Source: Chrysomallon squamiferum
Lineage: Eukaryota > Animalia > Mollusca
NCBI GenBank assembly: GCA_012295275.1
Contig: CM022666.1
Span: 15,500,001-15,564,000, forward strand
DNA length: 64,000 nucleotides
Direction: 5' to 3'
The translations under genes and the position numbers were made by a program. The notes below the pieces were generated by a model that saw only the letters and a program-made list of their open reading frames with translations, was not told the origin of the DNA and did no database searches. Shown here in pieces: positions 58,370 through 64,000 of this stretch. Position 1 is the stretch's first letter; each line of letters opens with the position of its first letter.

Positions 58370-58616
58370 CGAAGAAATAAAATAAAACAATGAATATATA
58401 ATAAAACAGAATAAACTGTCAAAAATGATTTTAAAATGAACTGATAAAAAATGCAAGAAAATGAAATAGAGAAATATTAATATTTAATAAAATGAATAAG
58501 GAACGTAAACGATTAATGAATACATAAATAAACAATCAGACAAATAAATAAATAAATAAATAAATAAAATAATAAATAGATAAATAAATAAGTAAATAAA
58601 TAAATAAATAAAATAA

Positions 58617-58647
<31 letters not shown>

Positions 58648-58865
58648 AATAATAAATAAATAAATAAAAAATATAGATAAATCGGAAAAATTATGAGCAA
58701 AACAAATGAATGAATAATGAAATAAAAAATTGGGAATAATAAAAAAGATAAATGAATAATGAAATACGTAAATAAAGAGAAAAGAATAATGAAAGAAAAT
58801 TAAGAATAGATGAAAAATAATTAGGAATTACAGTAAAAGAACAAGGATACATGGATGTGTGTTTG

Positions 58866-58898
<33 letters not shown>

Positions 58899-59554
58899 TC
58901 CTTACACTCAACGTTTTATATGTACGATATATGGCGTTATGCATAAATTTAAAGAGCTACCTTTTGCTGTAAATTTTTAAAAACCTTCCCATAAACAATT
59001 CTGATAATGAAATAATTAAGTTGAAACAAAACAAAAACAAATAATATTACAAATAAAGAAAGAAAGAAAGAAAAAATAAAAGAAAAAGAAAGAAAAAATA
59101 AATAAAATATGCACATGATGATCTGTTCTTTTTGATCAGCAGTAAGATGTCTGTTACATTCACCTTCTCATAAACAGGTCCAATAATAAAAACATTAAAT
59201 AATAAATTGAATGATTATAGAGATAAATATTAAACTGAAAATGAAATAAAAAGAACAGTAATAATAATAATAAATTTATAATTAAATACTAAACAAAATG
59301 ATTAATGATAAAGTTAATAGTTGAATAAAGAAATTTATGAAACCTGAAATAACAATAACTGTTAATAAATAAAGACAAAAAATGAGAAACGAATAATAAA
59401 ATAGTAATATAAAAGCCAATAAATATATTAAATAAATGAATTGAAAACTTAAAATAAATTAATTAAATTTATAACGAAATAAAAAATTACATTTAATTAA
59501 TTTTCTTTTTGTTGACAACAATACTATTGATGAACAGAAGACGAATGTGAGAAT

Positions 59555-60448
59555 TTTTATTTATTTTTTATTTTGTTTTAATTCTAGTAATATTAACACA
59601 TAACACCATTCTTTGCACTTATTCGTCCATTCACATGTCGATATTTAATATATTGTAACAAACACACAAAAACAGGAAAAAAAGTTTATTTTCGTATTCA
59701 TAATAAAACAAGTCGGAAACCCAACAACAGACAAAAATAGAAGAAAAAAAAAAGTCGAATTTGAAAACATTTTCCTAATTCCCTTAAATAAACAACACAA
59801 ATACACGTGAGCAAAAAATCATAAAAAACGAAGCAAACAATGGAATGTAAGATTCAGTATATTTCAAAATGTGAAATATTCGATAACATGTATAGATTCA
59901 AATTGTGCAGGATCAAAATTTAAAAAAATATATATATATATATATATATAACAGTCAATTTTGTCCACACTGACATATTATATAAATAAATATAATAATC
60001 TAATATGTATCTTGGAATTTTTAATTTTTAGAGTTTCATTAATTTATATATTAGGGGAATAAAAAAAATCCCACCAAAACAATATTTTTATAACAGTTTC
60101 TTTAAATGAATTAATATTTTTATGTTTTACAGTTTGTTTCCTATAAGTTTTGATTATTTTCATTGTCTATTTATTTTATTTGTATTGTGAATTTTATAAA
60201 AGTCTTCAAAAAACGAAACCAGAATAAACACAAAGATTTCTGATTGTCGATAGTCACATAATCTGTTATCGTGCTAACGTATAAGTCGGTATAATTATCA
60301 AACACATTATTATTTGTCTCTTAATTACTGAAATTCACAAGTTATTTTATTTCTCATAACTTTACTGTTTTTATAAAAAAAAACTCTTTTATATATATAT
60401 TTTGACATATTTAAAATACAATATAATATATAAAAATAATAATAATAA

Positions 60449-60524
<76 letters not shown>

Positions 60525-60757
60525 TATGATAATTACGACGATAATGATAACGATAATAAATACTCAATCACTGAAACATAATTTTATATACATATTATGA
60601 AAAAAAAAATAGGGCAATAATTAAAAATTTATTTTAATTCTAAAATGAAATTACTGCTGAATAAATACTTTGGTATTTTAGAAATCGTTCAAACACAAAT
60701 GACATTACACATAAAACCTTATCAGTCGAATTTAAATAAATTACTCTACTAATTTCG

Positions 60758-60788
<31 letters not shown>

Positions 60789-61371
60789 GTACACTTTATA
60801 AGCACGACAGTCATAAAGATATCATTTTCTGAAACGTGGTGACGTATACGTACCACTGAACCTAAGTACTGTGACGTACAAAGCATTCATCATATCGATT
60901 CTTTAACAACAGAAACCTCACACTTTTACAGTGAAGAGCTTTAAATTATGCTTACAGTATACTAAAAAATTACTTTAAAAAAAAAAAAAAAAAAAATAAA
61001 AATAATAATAATAATATGATTTATAAAACAAAACTCTGTTCATCCTTAAAACCAGATTTGGGCCTTTAGATTAACCACTGACGAGAAACTGTTTTGGACC
61101 CAAGGATAACATTCAGTGTGGTGTAGCAGTTGTTCGAGCTACTGGAATCCACGACAGCATCACAAACGACGACGAAGAAGAAGAAACCAGACTTTTGATA
61201 GTTTGTATGATAACAGTTAAATTGTATATGTACAGTACCACTGTGTGTGAAAAATCTCTTTTCATAAAGTGTTAAGCTTTACACGAACAAGAGAAGATTA
61301 AAAAATAACGATGATGATGATGGTGATGATGACGATGATGATAATGTTCATGATAATAATAATAATGATGA

Positions 61372-61432
<61 letters not shown>

Positions 61433-61548
61433 TAATAATAATAATAAAAATGATGATAATTATAATGACTTTAATAATAATAATAAGAATAAGAATAATA
61501 ATGAGAATAAAGGTAATAATAATAAAAAATGATAATAATTATAATGAC

Positions 61549-61625
<77 letters not shown>

Positions 61626-61706
61626 AAATAATAATAATCTAACTGAAGGGAAGAAATCACAAGTCACTCACATAGAGACATTTAATAAGGTTTCTGTTCT
61701 AGTGTA
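59555..61706 (-). other. Probable 3'UTR of the zinc-finger gene
   Basis: Directly follows the TGA. Minus-strand AATAAA candidates at ~59684-59689 and ~59556-59572. Extent is inferred. Confidence 0.45.
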
Positions 61707-62631
61707 TCAGTCTGTATGGACATTAATTTCCTCGTCGTCGTCGGAACACGTTGACAACTCGTCGCTGCTCACGTCCAGCGTTAAGTTCTCGTCACCAGAG
61801 TTCTCCCTCGTTTCGTCGCCAGGGGTCGCTGACGTCGGCTCTCGTTCTCTTCCGTCGTCCTGCCGAGAGTGCACCTTCCTGTGGCGCTCCAGGTTGCTCT
61901 TATGACTGGTTGCGTAATCACAGATCGTACAGACAAAGTCTTTCTGGCCGTTGTGCACCGACAGGTGGCGCTTCAGCAGCGCCTTCCGGCAGAAGCGTCT
62001 GCCACAGTAAAAACACGTGTATCCGTGGTAGTGGAATATCATGGCGTGCTCTCGCAGCGAGGCCTTCGTGGCGAACAGAATGCCGCAACACTCGAGAAGC
62101 TTCGAGCAAGCTTGGTGCATCGTCAACATGTGTCTTTTCAGATTGTTCCGTCTGTCTGTCGTGTAACGGCACTGAGAGCACGGGAAGATCTTCCTCCCGT
62201 AGCCGTACTGCGACGAGTAAGGATCTGATATCTGCCCTACCACCGCTGCAGGAAGCGCCTCCGCGGGGATTACTTTCTCGCCCTGCGCAGCCGCAGACGC
62301 CTGCCTCAGACCGAAAATGTCCCGGGTCTGCTGGAGAGCCGCCTGTCTGTCCGACAGCACCAGGGAGGGCTGGGTGAGGGAGGGGGAGAAATGGAGTTTC
62401 GGCATCCCGTCAAACACGCGGAAACAGTTCGTCTGCTGCCGCCGGACATGGTCGAACAGGCTGAGGCTGTAAGGAAACGACGTCAGCGCCGACGCAGACA
62501 CTTTGCCCAGGTTGTCGGAGTCGGAACCGAGTTTCAGCGCACTCCGGCCGGACTCCGTTAAGGTTGGAACGGGATATGATCTGGATAATCCCTCGAGTAG
62601 CGGCGGTCTGGGGCAGTAGAGCGGAATTGGT
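61707..62631 (-). CDS. C2H2 zinc-finger transcription factor, terminal coding exon (4 fingers, 5'-partial)
   Basis: GC-rich 925-nt exon after ttttcatttttatttacag| (phase 2). Fingers CSQC..HMLTMH, ECCG..HAMIFH, CFYC..HLSVH and CTIC..HRKVH span 62180-61869, with linker NGQKDF and an acidic tail. The first ~29 aa of the ORF-track entry are intronic. Confidence 0.93.
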
Positions 62632-62937
62632 CTGTAAATAAAAATGAAACAATAAGAATTGAGAATACATTTATGTTCAAAGAAAGAAATGTATATAAAG
62701 ATACTTATATGCATATACATACATGCATACGTACGTATATTGATACAGCCATGAAGACATACACCAACCTACAGACATACACAATACATATAATAATACA
62801 CATGTTCATACACTAATCTGCAAAATCAGAGCTATAATGAAAATTCAAATACAACACAAATGATACTGATGATGACATGGCTCTGATTATATATGTAATA
62901 AATACAATAAATACAAACACACATACACAAACAGTGA

Positions 62938-63006
<69 letters not shown>

Positions 63007-63558
63007 GTTGTTGTAGTGTAATAGTAGCAGCAACAGCTGCAGAAGTAGCAGTAGTAGTAATAATAGTTATATTAACAGTAATTATGGTAATAGTAATAAT
63101 GACTGACAGCTGATGAATTATTCTTATATGGAAACCAGCTAAGGATATATATATATATGTCGTTAGACATAATTTTTAAATTTATTTATTATTATTAATA
63201 AAAATAAAAAAATCTGTTTTGGCTTCCCTTTCTACTGCTAGAAGACGATACGACATGAAAGAAACGATAAAACACGAGTAAAAGGAAGAAACAAGAAGAA
63301 AATCGATCCACAAAGATATTTTCCAAGTTCTTGTATGTTCTAGTCACGGAACTGCCAATGCCAGAGGCGCGTACACACAGACATCAAAGAAACACCCAAA
63401 CACACAACAAAGTGAAACTAAACGATTAATCGATAATCGGACACCAGGATATTTTAATTTATTTTAATTAGTTGATCGATATTCCTTTATGAATATTCAT
63501 AGGAGAGAGCTGTAGTTTCGAATTACTGCAAAACTGAATAAAAGAACGTGCAGTAGCC

Positions 63559-63589
<31 letters not shown>

Positions 63590-64000
63590 TTAGTTTTGTA
63601 ATTATGCAGAATTTTATAACTTTATTTATGTTTGTTCTGCCGTAGAAATTTTCATACAAAACATTATGGTTAATAATAAATAAACACACCATAATAGGAA
63701 AATAAATAAACAAAAAGAACAAAAAAAAAAAAATGAAAAAAGAAAATAGTAAAGCTCATTCTGCATTAAATAAACAGTAAAATAAAGCAATCTAATAAAA
63801 TTAAATTAAATTAAATTAAAAAAACACAAAAAACAACAATACTACTACTACTACTACTACTAATATAATAATAATGATAATGATGATGACAATAATAACA
63901 ACGATAATAATAATAATGATGATGATAATAATGTGATGATGATGATGATGATGATAAACATATGTATATAAAAATAAACACACAGAAATAAATAAAATAA

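Noticed and set aside
61751-62377. 208-aa and 119-aa plus-strand ORFs antisense to the zinc-finger exon
   Set aside because: They are shadow ORFs of GC-rich coding sequence.
62632-62720. N-terminal MYMHISIF... of the 337-aa ORF as the true start
   Set aside because: AT-rich intronic sequence ending in a strong polypyrimidine-cag acceptor. The true start lies in an upstream exon not identified here.

Overview
AT-rich, microsatellite-dense animal genomic DNA with GT-AG introns. It is probably molluscan/lophotrochozoan, inferred only from degenerate SINE fragments recalled from memory. Three protein-coding genes can be built by hand. (1) A complete 5-coding-exon MBLAC1-type metallo-beta-lactamase (+, 1631-4105, 235 aa). 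(2) A 4-coding-exon Pro/Gln/Tyr-rich protein with a C-terminal NHxxHCC hydrophobic anchor (+, 8394-10324), which has an apparent 1-nt frameshift in a C5 run and a stop codon inside a 22-bp minisatellite. (3) The terminal exon of a four-finger C2H2 zinc-finger factor (-, 62631-61707) with an atypical adjacent-Cys finger; its upstream exons were not found in the window. Between about 14 and 59 kb there is no convincing coding exon. About 18-20 CpG-containing unique-sequence islands alternate with simple repeats, which looks like the downstream cis-regulatory desert of the zinc-finger gene. The window also holds a long-inverted-repeat element, two nested inverted duplications and several minisatellites. 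Nearly all ORFs in the supplied track are microsatellite artefacts. No CRISPR array, rRNA, tRNA or transposase was seen, and I cannot claim a proven new biological system.
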